Source of the DNA: Promethearchaeota archaeon | GTDB lineage: Archaea; Asgardarchaeota; Hermodarchaeia; Hermodarchaeales; Hermodarchaeaceae | DNA: 64,000 nucleotides | Assembly (NCBI GenBank): GCA_048938385.1 | Contig: JBHLMG010000002.1 | Coordinates: 32,001 to 96,000, forward strand | Direction: 5' to 3' | Shown here: positions 8,415 to 18,800 of the stretch, in pieces | Numbering within the stretch: the stretch's first letter is position 1 | Layout: every line of letters begins with the position of its first letter | Notes under the pieces: generated by a model | Told to the model about the DNA's origin: nothing | Databases searched by the model: none | The model's input: the letters and a program-made list of their open reading frames with translations, nothing else | Program-made: the position numbers and the translations under genes

Positions 8415-9878
8415 ATGGGCAAATCTGGGGACCAACTAATCGCCGTTATCGATCTTGGAACTACGGGAAATCGCTCGGTGCTCTTCGATCTCCAAGGAAA
8501 TGAGATCCTGAAAGCATATCGTGAGTTTCCAACAATCACAGAGGAACCTCAGCAAGCAGAACAGGAAGCGTCGGATTGGTGGCGGACTACCACTGAAACT
8601 ATGCGAGAGGTTGCTACGCATCAAACTGTAACATCAAAAGAAATCGTTGCCGTTTCAGTTGTAACCCAACGGGCAACCCTCGTTCCACTGGATTCTCAAG
8701 GAAATCCTTTAGCCCGAGCTATGACTTGGATGGATGGACGATTCTCAACCACTGAAGAAGAGCGGGAAGAGTTAGTCAAATCTCGTTTAAGCGTTCGTCG
8801 AGCCTTATGGTTCAAGGATATGCTCCCCGAGGTGTTTAAAAAAACTCACAAATTAGCCACCCCTGATGCTTTCTTATATCATCGCTTAACTGGAAAACTG
8901 GTCTCTGACCAAACAAACCATTCTTTTGGACTTCTTGACCGTGAAAAACTAACTCTTTCTGACACACTAGGTGATGATTTAGCGCTTCCAGTATCACTGT
9001 GGTCAGATCTTGTGATGTCGGGAACGATAATAGGGGAAATTACAAAAGAAGCTGCGCAAGCTACTTGTCTCCCTCAGGGTACGCCTGTCGTTGTTGGTGG
9101 AGGTGACCAACAATGCTCGGTCGTTGGGTTGGGGGTTATTGAAAAGGGTGCTGCAAAAATGACCACGGGAACTGGCACCTTTATTGTTACACCAGTTGAT
9201 GGAGAAAAACGAGATCCATTCGGCGTCTTATTCAGCCATCCTCATGTCTTACCCAATCAATGGGTTTTAGAGGGCGCGGCTCCTGGGACTGGCACGATTC
9301 TTCGCTGGTTCCGAGACGAATTCGGACATGTTGAATGTGCCGTTGCTGAACGGCTGGGTCGGGACCCTTACGATTATATTACCGCTGAGGCCGCACAAGC
9401 TCCACCCGGCTGCGATGGTCTAATTCTCTTTCCGTTCTTTATCTATGGATTGGGTATTATTGAAGGATTAGGATTTCAACATAAGCGGGCACATTTCACC
9501 CGCTCAATAATGGAAGCCATCGCTTTCATCTCACGGTTTCTCTTAGACACCATGGGTACGGTGAATGTCACTGTGGATGAACTCCGGTTAGATGGTGGTG
9601 GTGCACGGTCTGCACTTTGGCGACAAATCCATAGCGATATCACACAGAAACGGTGTATCCTCACGGGCGTAGATGAAGGAAGTGCCCTAGGAGCTGCTAT
9701 CATCGCGACAGTAGGGCTCGATCTCTATCCCTCTATTGAAAAAGCCGTGAAAGCAATGGTGCATCATCGTCAAACTCATACACCAAATCCTGAGAACTTC
9801 GATATTTACAATCAGGGATATTCGAAGTTTCAGCAAATCCTCATGAGTAAGCTATCTGAACTTGTCAAACACATCTAA
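8415..9878 (+). CDS. FGGY family carbohydrate kinase (xylulokinase/glycerol kinase-like)
   Basis: IDLGTT, TQR, TWMDGR, GGGDQQC, GTGTF, DGGGARS..W.Q and ALGAA. Confidence 0.93.
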   Translation: MGKSGDQLIAVIDLGTTGNRSVLFDLQGNEILKAYREFPTITEEPQQAEQEASDWWRTTTETMREVATHQTVTSKEIVAVSVVTQRATLVPLDSQGNPLARAMTWMDGRFSTTEEEREELVKSRLSVRRALWFKDMLPEVFKKTHKLATPDAFLYHRLTGKLVSDQTNHSFGLLDREKLTLSDTLGDDLALPVSLWSDLVMSGTIIGEITKEAAQATCLPQGTPVVVGGGDQQCSVVGLGVIEKGAAKMTTGTGTFIVTPVDGEKRDPFGVLFSHPHVLPNQWVLEGAAPGTGTILRWFRDEFGHVECAVAERLGRDPYDYITAEAAQAPPGCDGLILFPFFIYGLGIIEGLGFQHKRAHFTRSIMEAIAFISRFLLDTMGTVNVTVDELRLDGGGARSALWRQIHSDITQKRCILTGVDEGSALGAAIIATVGLDLYPSIEKAVKAMVHHRQTHTPNPENFDIYNQGYSKFQQILMSKLSELVKHI

Positions 9879-9886
9879 CCTGTAAG

Positions 9887-10420
9887 GTGAAAGAAATGGA
9901 AGCAATTGAAGCAATTTCCACTCGCCGCTCAATCCGTAACTTCACTGATCTGGAATTAACGGATGAACAAATTCATGACTTGTTGAAAATCATGGTTGCA
10001 GCTCCCAGTGCAGGGAATAAACAACCTTGGCGGATCTATGTTGTTCGTGATACCAAGGTTAAACGGAAACTAGCTATTGGTGCTGGTGATCAGGAGTTTA
10101 TCAACGAAGCTCCTGTGGTCTTTGTCGTTTGCCGGGTACCTGAAGAATCTGGGATTCGTTACGGGAATCGAGGTCGTAATTTTTATTCCATTCAGGATAC
10201 AGCTGCGATGACTCAGAATTTGTTGATTGCTGCGCACGCTATGGGCTTAGGGGCGTGTTGGGTCGGAGCATTCAACGATAGTGCTGTTGTTGCAGCTATC
10301 GAGTGCCCCCAGGGTATTTTACCTGTGGCTATTATTCCTGTTGGCTATCCGAAGGTTCTTGGTTCACTTCGTGGTCGACGTCCGCTGGACTCTGTTGTTA
10401 CCTTTATTCCATCCAAATAA
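9887..10420 (+). CDS. Nitroreductase family protein
   Basis: RRSIRNF, APSAGNKQPW, QNLLIAAHAMGLGACW and IPVGYP. Confidence 0.93.
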   Translation: MKEMEAIEAISTRRSIRNFTDLELTDEQIHDLLKIMVAAPSAGNKQPWRIYVVRDTKVKRKLAIGAGDQEFINEAPVVFVVCRVPEESGIRYGNRGRNFYSIQDTAAMTQNLLIAAHAMGLGACWVGAFNDSAVVAAIECPQGILPVAIIPVGYPKVLGSLRGRRPLDSVVTFIPSK

Positions 10421-10426
10421 GTGGTG

Positions 10427-11140
10427 CTAGATCAGGTCTTTCCCAAGGATAAGTCGAATGCACAAAGGAAAAACCCAGATGAACGCAGTTATAGCAGAGA
10501 TGATCTCGGGAATTGCAACTCCTGTAAAGGGTAAGACTGGTATTGTGTAGTAAATCACCCATACGCTAGCACTAATTAATGAAAGAAGGAAGGCAATGAT
10601 GCCCCAAAGCCGGCGCTGAGGTTCCAGCATCAATCGAACGCCATATAGCATTCCGGCAAGGAGCACACTAACGAAAAATCCTACTGAGACTGCGAAGTGA
10701 ATGCCAGTTATACCCTCATGAAAAATCCCAATTGCGATGAGGAAGAGGACAGCGATGGTAAGTATGACCGAAGCAATGACACCCAGTATGGAACGCTCGA
10801 AATAATGGTGCCATATTAGCCATAGGGTTACTGCAAGGGTAATCAATCCTCCAAGGCTTAACCCCCCGTTAAACACTGGAGCAGCCACATTGGTTCCTGG
10901 AACTCCATTGGATCCTCCAAGCATCCAAGGGTGTCCTAGATCACTCAACGCGTTCGTATACCAATTGAACCATGGCGATAGTAGAATTGCTACGCCAATA
11001 CTTATGAAGGCAATCAATGGTCCAATGATTCCGCACCAACCCGCAAATCGAGCTGATAGAAGAAACTCACGGATTGGATTAACCTTTTTTGGTTCCTCTT
11101 TCTCTTGCATAATATTCACCCATTGTTCAAGAGCCAACAA
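10427..11140 (-). CDS. DUF998-like membrane protein
   Basis: SPWFNWYTNALSDLG motif, FNGGL and about 6 TM segments. Confidence 0.75.
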   Translation of the reverse strand: MLALEQWVNIMQEKEEPKKVNPIREFLLSARFAGWCGIIGPLIAFISIGVAILLSPWFNWYTNALSDLGHPWMLGGSNGVPGTNVAAPVFNGGLSLGGLITLAVTLWLIWHHYFERSILGVIASVILTIAVLFLIAIGIFHEGITGIHFAVSVGFFVSVLLAGMLYGVRLMLEPQRRLWGIIAFLLSLISASVWVIYYTIPVLPFTGVAIPEIISAITAFIWVFPLCIRLILGKDLI

Positions 11141-11194
11141 TTAATTTGGGTTCTAATACCGATGGTCCTTCGGATAAGACTTGTGCCTGAACCC

Positions 11195-11842
11195 TCAAGT
11201 ATGCTTGGTCCTGGAGGGTGCTAGGTTTTGGAGCTCTGGGGGAAGTGGTTCACCAATAGTTTGGTATTCTGCAGCCAATTGTGTCATAAAATCAACTAAG
11301 AGTTGGTGCCGAGGTGCAGCAAGCTGCTTGGCAGTTTTCGTGTGAAGTAACGCGTTGAGTTTCAATAATTTGCGGTGAATGTGTTCGATAGTTCCTTTGA
11401 GTCCCCGTTGTTGAACCAAGCTTTCAGCAATCGTTCGTGCTAACCCTAGCGCTCCCATTGCATCGAGCTTGTCAGCATCGCTGAGAATTTGCCCTTCGAG
11501 GCTCTCTGGTGAGAGCTGTTCGCTGAACCGATGAGTCCGAATGGCGCTTGCGACCAAGGATAACTTCTCCTTTGAAAATGTTGTAGTAGCAAGGAACGCA
11601 ACTGCCATGTTTGCTCCAATCTCTGCATGGGAAACTCCAGATACCTCTTCTTCGGATCGACCGATATCATGAAGCAATGCGGCTGCCTCTAGGATTTCAA
11701 GATCGGCTCCTTCTGCGGCCCCAATAAACCGACACAGTTCACGCACACGCAGAGTATGCTCATAAGAATGGGCTCCTCGTTTTCCAATATGAATAGCATC
11801 AAAAGCGAATTTCTCAATACTCTGAATGAGTGTTGCATCCAT
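11195..11842 (-). CDS. HD-domain phosphohydrolase
   Basis: HSYEHTLRV, ALLHDIGR, H..IGA and DADKLDAMGALG. Confidence 0.92.
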   Translation of the reverse strand: MDATLIQSIEKFAFDAIHIGKRGAHSYEHTLRVRELCRFIGAAEGADLEILEAAALLHDIGRSEEEVSGVSHAEIGANMAVAFLATTTFSKEKLSLVASAIRTHRFSEQLSPESLEGQILSDADKLDAMGALGLARTIAESLVQQRGLKGTIEHIHRKLLKLNALLHTKTAKQLAAPRHQLLVDFMTQLAAEYQTIGEPLPPELQNLAPSRTKHT

Positions 11843-11851
11843 AAGGCCTCT

Positions 11852-13153
11852 CTACCCCCCCTCGTTTTGGTATTGCGAAATTGGTTGGTCCACCACAGCT
11901 TTTCCAACTCGTCGCATACGATAGACTCCGTAGGCAATCGGCAGAATCAGAAAGGTTATCACCGCAAGTAATGCCGAAAGCGCTGCTCCTATCATACCAA
12001 AATACTCAACACCAAAGTGGATGTTGTGTTCAGACAACAGAACCCAAGAGAGTACAAAAATCACAGTACCAATCATCATTGCATACAACCCGAACGGATT
12101 TGGTGAAATGTTTCGTTGCAACTTCGCAGCTCCCAATAGAACCAGTGCAAAAGTTAGGAGGAGGAGACCCATTTCAAAGAGCCCAAAATTACGAAAGGGA
12201 GGAATCACTGATACGACGCTCAACCAAGACCAATTAATGAAATACTGATTCACGCGAAACCGATAGTAAAAGACCAGGGCTGGGTACACCATGCCAAACA
12301 CGGCTACAGCAATTGACGCACTAGGAAGGCGTTTCCATAACACTATAGCCATCACAGCAATCACTATTGGACAAACTAACCAAAGATAGTGGACATATTC
12401 ATACGGAGCCAAACTCAGCAACCAAAGAACAGGGAGACCGAGAGAGAAATCTGGAGGTGTAGGTCCAGGTTGCTGACCGTTGATCATTACTATGAAGATG
12501 AGGGGGTACCACGCCCAGATAAGGATGGGAATTAGAATGCTAGCGAATAGGAGAAATGCCCAATATCGCGCCGATGTGATGTTCTGTGATGGGATTCCAA
12601 GGTATTCGACTAGCCATCGGACAGCTTTTACCAAGGTATAACCCAGCAAAATCACTTGGAAAAAAACTAGCAGGATCCAAGAACCTCGAAAGATTAGGTT
12701 ATAGAATCCATTGGGTCCAAAGAGCAATCCACTCAGTGCGGAGTTAAGGTAGAATGGTGGAATCACGAAGGTAAAGAATAGCGCGCAACCTATAACAACG
12801 AGTGGTGAAACAAAATGTCGGAAGCGGGATTTGAACAAGAGCTTCTGACCGAACCCGAACAGGGCGATGAACCCAAGTAAGAGAAATCCGGAGAAAGCGC
12901 CACATCCGGCAAAGAAAGCCACTCGTAGGGTGTTTGCCACAATGGGTTGTATTCCTTCTATGGGATCGAAGAAAAATAATCGTAGGGGGCTTTGGATGAG
13001 GGAAGCCGCAATGAAGAATCCTAAAGTGCTAATGAATACAACGCTGTGGACGATATTCTCGCGGTTGAAGAATAAACGCAATCCTGCAAAATAATCTTTC
13101 AAAGCTTGCCATGCAGTGGCAGGTAACTGCCTCAGTGAATTTTGAAGTCCCAT
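11852..13153 (-). CDS. Hypothetical multi-pass membrane protein
   Basis: 433-aa ORF with about 11 hydrophobic segments. No motif recognised. Confidence 0.7.
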   Translation of the reverse strand: MGLQNSLRQLPATAWQALKDYFAGLRLFFNRENIVHSVVFISTLGFFIAASLIQSPLRLFFFDPIEGIQPIVANTLRVAFFAGCGAFSGFLLLGFIALFGFGQKLLFKSRFRHFVSPLVVIGCALFFTFVIPPFYLNSALSGLLFGPNGFYNLIFRGSWILLVFFQVILLGYTLVKAVRWLVEYLGIPSQNITSARYWAFLLFASILIPILIWAWYPLIFIVMINGQQPGPTPPDFSLGLPVLWLLSLAPYEYVHYLWLVCPIVIAVMAIVLWKRLPSASIAVAVFGMVYPALVFYYRFRVNQYFINWSWLSVVSVIPPFRNFGLFEMGLLLLTFALVLLGAAKLQRNISPNPFGLYAMMIGTVIFVLSWVLLSEHNIHFGVEYFGMIGAALSALLAVITFLILPIAYGVYRMRRVGKAVVDQPISQYQNEGG

Positions 13154-13336
13154 AGAGTTTCACCGATGCCTGCAATTTTTTGGCTTAGACCTTTTAGCTA
13201 TCGAATAAAAACCTAGTCCTCGACTCCCTACTACGAATAACCCAGCAGAATTATGTATTATTTGCTGAACTTCGGAAATTATAAGGGCGTAGTTTTTGGG
13301 TGATTATACTGCTGTAATCGATGTAGTTGATGTATT

Positions 13337-13810
13337 ATGGCCTTGATGGGATTTCTTATGCTGGTCCTTGGTGGGGCTTTACTCCTCGCATCTGGGCAAT
13401 CTCTTGTCTTAGACCCCATTGCAATTTCACAATTGTCAACCCTCCTCAACACCGTTTTAGGATCCGGAATTGGTGATATCCTTATTACTATCATGGTGAT
13501 AGCGACGAGCCTTGGTGGGGTTTGTGCCATTATCGGTGGGATTATCTGGTATGCAGCAGGAACGGGAATCGGTGCCCTCGTTGGACGAATCATCGTGGGA
13601 GTTGCCTCCTTTGCCGCCACGTATTTTCTTGTTATGCAAATCCTATCCGCAGTTAATCTCGGTCTCTTCGCTCAACCTCTCCATGTAATCCTCGGGCATT
13701 TCTTTGGAATGGGCGTGAGTTTTACCAGCGTTCTACTTATTGTCCTCGGTGACTTGGTCGGTGCCGGACGCCAAAAAGAATACCAACCTTCACCTGCTGC
13801 TCATCTTTAA
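13337..13810 (+). CDS. Hypothetical membrane protein
   Basis: Gly-rich hydrophobic helices (about 4 TM). Confidence 0.7.
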   Translation: MALMGFLMLVLGGALLLASGQSLVLDPIAISQLSTLLNTVLGSGIGDILITIMVIATSLGGVCAIIGGIIWYAAGTGIGALVGRIIVGVASFAATYFLVMQILSAVNLGLFAQPLHVILGHFFGMGVSFTSVLLIVLGDLVGAGRQKEYQPSPAAHL

Positions 13811-15054
13811 CGCGTTTTACTAGCCTGGAGCGTTTCAGGTACAAGGAGCAACACAGCCAAAAACGCCAGAATATTCAAACTGGTAGCAAAAATCATGTTG
13901 CCCCGCAGGGTCGAAAGCACAAACTGGACGAGTGTTCCACCAATAATAGGACCAATTCCTGAACCTAGCAAATTCGCAGTCGCAATTATAGCCATCGCTC
14001 GTCCTCGTTTAGAAACCACGCTTAAATCCGCAGCCGCAGCATAGCTAGCTGTATACACCAAAGGATACAATGGGATAATCCAAAGTACCATGGCAATCCA
14101 AGGGTCGATAACAAACAAATACACGATCATAAACACCGCATATCCCGCAAAGCCAAGCAAGATTATCGGCTTACGGCCAAACCGGTCACTACCAAATCCT
14201 GCAAGTAAAGTGAATCCTAATCCGACTAATGCTGCAAAACCGTTAGAGATTCCAAGCATCAATGTGGTTCCTGCAATTTCTTCGACGAAATAGATTCCGA
14301 AGAAAAATGAAAAGGCGTTCACTCCGATACTCCCGATCGCCACGGTTACGGCGAGAATTATAAGACTTCGACTTAAAATCAGTGTAGGTCCAGTAGTTGA
14401 ATCTGGGTTCTTAAATGCTTCTTCATTGCTCTCTGAATTAGTGTTTCGTGGAACCTCTCGGACTATTAGGAGGATAATAGTGACACCGGTCAAGTACGCT
14501 ATACACCCAACGAAGAACAGCCCAGACATCTGAATTAAGCTTATTAAGAATCCACCCCCAAACGCCCCCACAGACCATCCTAGGCTACTCGTGGACAATA
14601 GCAATCCTACGCTTCCACCCTTGTAGATGCGTGCTTCTGTCAGATACGCGTTTGCCATGGGAACCGCAGCCACTGAAAACAAGTACGCAGCACAAGTGAC
14701 TAACAGGAAGGATAAGCTATCTTGAATGAAAATATAGAGGAAAAAAGCGACGCCCTGTGCGATGAACCCCACGGCGATGAAAGGGATCCGGCGCTGCCAG
14801 CGATCAGAGAGGACTCCCCAGAAGTAAACACCTGCCAGTCCAACAAGCACAGGTAATCCCCCCACCAATCCGATAAGGAGAAAAGCGGTTTCCCCGATTC
14901 CTGTAAAAAGGTACAGTGAACCGAACTGCCAGAAAATGGACTGCGAGATATGGAACAGTGAAAATCCGACAAGAATGCCCCAAATGTGGTGACGAGGAAC
15001 TCGAGAAGAAAGGATGGTCTTGCTCTCATTCTCTGACATGGTAAGCAGTGCCAC
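13807..15054 (-). CDS. MFS transporter
   Basis: About 12 TM. Motif A appears twice (GVLSDRWQRR; GFGSDRFGRK), plus GPIIGG. Confidence 0.92.
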   Translation of the reverse strand: MALLTMSENESKTILSSRVPRHHIWGILVGFSLFHISQSIFWQFGSLYLFTGIGETAFLLIGLVGGLPVLVGLAGVYFWGVLSDRWQRRIPFIAVGFIAQGVAFFLYIFIQDSLSFLLVTCAAYLFSVAAVPMANAYLTEARIYKGGSVGLLLSTSSLGWSVGAFGGGFLISLIQMSGLFFVGCIAYLTGVTIILLIVREVPRNTNSESNEEAFKNPDSTTGPTLILSRSLIILAVTVAIGSIGVNAFSFFFGIYFVEEIAGTTLMLGISNGFAALVGLGFTLLAGFGSDRFGRKPIILLGFAGYAVFMIVYLFVIDPWIAMVLWIIPLYPLVYTASYAAAADLSVVSKRGRAMAIIATANLLGSGIGPIIGGTLVQFVLSTLRGNMIFATSLNILAFLAVLLLVPETLQASKTR

Positions 15055-15155
15055 CTAGACACCCTGTTGATAAAGCTTTGTGTTCTGACACTTTCAGCAT
15101 TCTGTGTTCTCTGATTTCCAGTGAGTTTAAATGACACCAAGCCTCCCCTTTTCCT

Positions 15156-15845
15156 GTGACACCTAGCACATCTGATTCTGAAATACAAATCTCCCGTGCA
15201 ACTGATACTCGGGTTCAACACTTTCAGTCAAAACTACTTCGCTGGTTTCGTAAATATGGGCGTGATCTACCTTGGCGTCGCACTCGAAACCCCTACCACA
15301 TTCTAGTTTCCGAGATGATGTTGCACCAAACCCAGGTTGACCGAGTAATTCCGAAGTACCACGAATTTCTTGACGCCTATCCGACGTTTGAAGCCCTCGC
15401 TGCAGCACCGGTTGAAGAGGTGGAGCAGCTCTGGCGACCCCTAGGCTATAACTTTCGTCCAAAACGCCTTCACGCGATTGCTCAATGCGTCATCCAGCAC
15501 CATAACGGGCAACTTCCCGATACCCTCAAGACTCTTCAATCTCTATGTGGTATCGGTCGATACACTGCAGGGGCTATTCTCAATTTCGCCTTCCATAAAG
15601 ATGCACCCATACTGGACACTAATGTACGACGCGTGCTACGACGGTTCTTCGCAATCCCTGGCAATCCACACCGCGCACCCGCCGTAAAGCAGCTATGGCA
15701 CCTCGCTGAGCGCATAATCCCCTCTGGGCAAGGGTATATCTTTAATCAAGCCCTCCTTGATTTCGGAGCCTTACTCTGTACGGCACGGAACCCCTCATGC
15801 CTTAAATGTCCCTTCAACGATGACTGTCCTTTTCCCTCTTTGTAA
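15156..15845 (+). CDS. mutY: MutY/MIG-like HhH-GPD DNA glycosylase with [4Fe-4S] cluster (no C-terminal NUDIX-like domain)
   Basis: RDLPWR, VSEMMLHQT, LGYNFR, GIGRYTA, DTNVRR and C-x6-C-x2-C-x5-C. Confidence 0.85.
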   Translation: MTPSTSDSEIQISRATDTRVQHFQSKLLRWFRKYGRDLPWRRTRNPYHILVSEMMLHQTQVDRVIPKYHEFLDAYPTFEALAAAPVEEVEQLWRPLGYNFRPKRLHAIAQCVIQHHNGQLPDTLKTLQSLCGIGRYTAGAILNFAFHKDAPILDTNVRRVLRRFFAIPGNPHRAPAVKQLWHLAERIIPSGQGYIFNQALLDFGALLCTARNPSCLKCPFNDDCPFPSL

Positions 15846-15851
15846 GAAGGG

Positions 15852-18800
15852 TTATGCTATTTTTTTCCAAGAACTCGATTTCCGCTGTAAATGGATTATC
15901 AGTACAACTAAGACCACTATGAAAGCACTGGTGAAGACGAGTCCTGTTATGAGCATGAGTAGTTCCCAGGGCAGTGGTGGGCCCCCTATTCTCAGTAATA
16001 TCGTGAAGACGCTAGAGGATGTGCGTGAAACCGTATACATTCCATCCGAAGCGTTTACTCGCACCAAACACATGTCAGTAGGCGTTATTCCCAAAATCCC
16101 GTCTTGCCCTTCATAGAGAAGGCTAGTTTGCGTAGTGTTTGGTTCAATGACCTTCCACGAGAACCCTGCGTCATTACTCAGTTCCACAGAAAAGTGCAAA
16201 CTTTCGTCCCCGTAGTCCACATTCTCATCTGTTACCGTCCAGTTGATGCGGAAAGGTTCCGGGCCAAGAATTTCACCTCCATCCGGTTCCAAAACGGTAA
16301 ATACGGGGGGAAAGAAGTTCTTGATAGTGACATTGCGGATATGTCGATCGTTGGTAAAGCCAATAGTTTGTCCAAAATCCAGTGAAGTACCGGTAAGGAA
16401 GGTGGTGCGGACATCACAGACTTGATTGAGGTCAATCGATGCGGTATCAAAGGTAGTGGTCTGTCCTTCACTAATATGGTCGAATGGTCTCCATGCATAG
16501 ATCTCAGAGTACCATCCCATCGGCACAACTCCTGAGTAGTAGTCGATTCCAATCGTGTAGTTACCTGTAACGGGTGCTACGAAACTTCCAACTTCAGGGT
16601 TGCCATGGGACCAATGGCTGACCAAACTATTAGCCCAGGTCTGATCTACTCCCGGTTGCCAAACGAAGATGTCACAATCATCCCAGACGCCATGGATTAG
16701 AGTGCTCCCTTCTCCATCAGACCAAGTGCCAAATTCAACGCTAAGTTGGACGACATCTCCTTCTTGGAGAAACGCATAGTCGTAAGCTTCACGGGGATTA
16801 TGATCTGGATGCCACCCAGCAAGTACTGGTTCCTGAATGGTGCCATAATGGGTTTGACGATAGATACGCAGGATTTCTAGTTCGGTTTGGCGGATGTAAA
16901 TGGTGGGAAACTCTGGTAGGAGCAGAGAATCCCAAGTTGCCGAGAGAGTGACATGCGGGTGTTCCCATACGCTATCGTCGAAAAGCGATGCATTGGCAGC
17001 ACTGCTTACATTTAGCTGTGCGGTTGGAAGGGTCCATTGGATAGGATACAAGGGGTGGTTCTCCACACCGTAAGCCACGGTAATCCAGAACTCTTCAGGA
17101 CCACCACTCGTCCCTCCAGTTCGGGAGGTGTGGACGGCGATACCGATGAGCCCCCGATTGAGGTAGGAGCCCCAGGTAATTCCCCGGATATCGTGGCTAG
17201 CATCGAAGAGCAGGACATTCTGACATTCCCAGGTGGATTCGCTGGCGTATCCATACTCGTCCCACCGCGAATCCGATTCCATGAGGTGATACCCATAGGA
17301 ACTGTAGTACAGTAAGACATCAAGACAGGTGTTTGGATCGCGCCAGGTCACATTGACAAATACATAACTGACATCGGTCACTGTGGGGTAGGCGTCAACG
17401 AAGTAGAAGCGCCAATCACCTGAGCGTTTTGATCCTATATATGGTACATTACTGAAAGCAGCTCCATTATCATAGGGTGTGCCTTGGCTACCACCCCAAG
17501 TATGGTAGATGCCAGGAGCGGTCATGTTCAAATCCACGCGAATGCTCAGAGGAAGGTGAGTTCTTCCTGTGCCATTCACGGCTTCTATGAAGCCCTCATG
17601 CATTCCTGGAGTAGCGTCGGAGGGGGCTGTGATGGTAACATTCCACAGAAATGGAAAGTCAGGAGATTCCAAGCTGGTGTATTGATGTAGTGACACCCAT
17701 GACCATGACACTCGGTCATAGAGGCGAATGGTCACATTGACTATCAAAGGGTATCCTAGGTGTGTGACAGATCCAATATCATAGTAGTAGAGGGCTGGAG
17801 TGTGAGTGAAATGTTGAGCTGGGAATCCTAGGTTGAGTTGATGGCAATTACTCCAAACTATATCCGCAACCACACAGCTTCCTTCGAGGGGATTAGCTGG
17901 ATCAATTTGGTTGTTACCGTTTTGGTCTTGCCAATCGAAGAGAAACACACTATTGCCTTCACCTGCTGCTTCAAGTAACACATTGTGTTCTATAGACGAA
18001 TAAGAGCAGTGAACAACGGCATAATCAACAGAAAGGAACTGCGCGATGAAGGTCGGGCTAAATTCCGAAGTCAGATTTAGGGTAGTAAAGGGTTCAAAGG
18101 TAGAAAAGCTTGTGCTGGCTTGACTACTAAATTGATAGGTATAGGCGTTTAGAGCTTCGACACTCGTTGCATGAGAACCTCCAGTTTTCGCGGTGAGATT
18201 AAACCATACCGAATCCCCTTGATAGATGGGGTGGGGGAAGGCTTTCCCATCGCTCATCCTACTACTTCCGCTCGGATTGTATATCGTATAATCCATGGGA
18301 TTAACACCATAGTCGTAGCCGTAGTACAGGTTCGTGTACCAGGCCCGCCAAGGGGTCTGGCGGTCACCGAAGTAGAGTTGATCCCAAGTTATGGTCGTTG
18401 ACACCTGGATGAGGGAGTCTAAACCATCGGTAGTGTTGCCAAAAGCCAGGTGAACACTGCGATACGCGTTAACGCGACCTGCACCCTGTCGATAGATGTC
18501 GTAACCGAGGTCATCTGCTCCGTTCATAATCAGGGTCTTGAGGGTATCAGCTTTCAGACTTGCATTGACCTGTTTTACGAGGGCACAAATTCCTGCTACG
18601 ACACTGGTGCCTGATTCTATAGGATACCAATTTGGCGTGTCGTCAAAGTGATGAACTGGCACCTCAAGGCCTACCGGGGCTGGAGCAACGATGTCAGGTC
18701 CGATGTCTCCCATTGGCGTCGGACCACTACTTCCCAGGCTTAATATTCCCATGATTCCGTGAATTGTTGTCCCAGTGGCATGTGGTATCATAAATTGTCC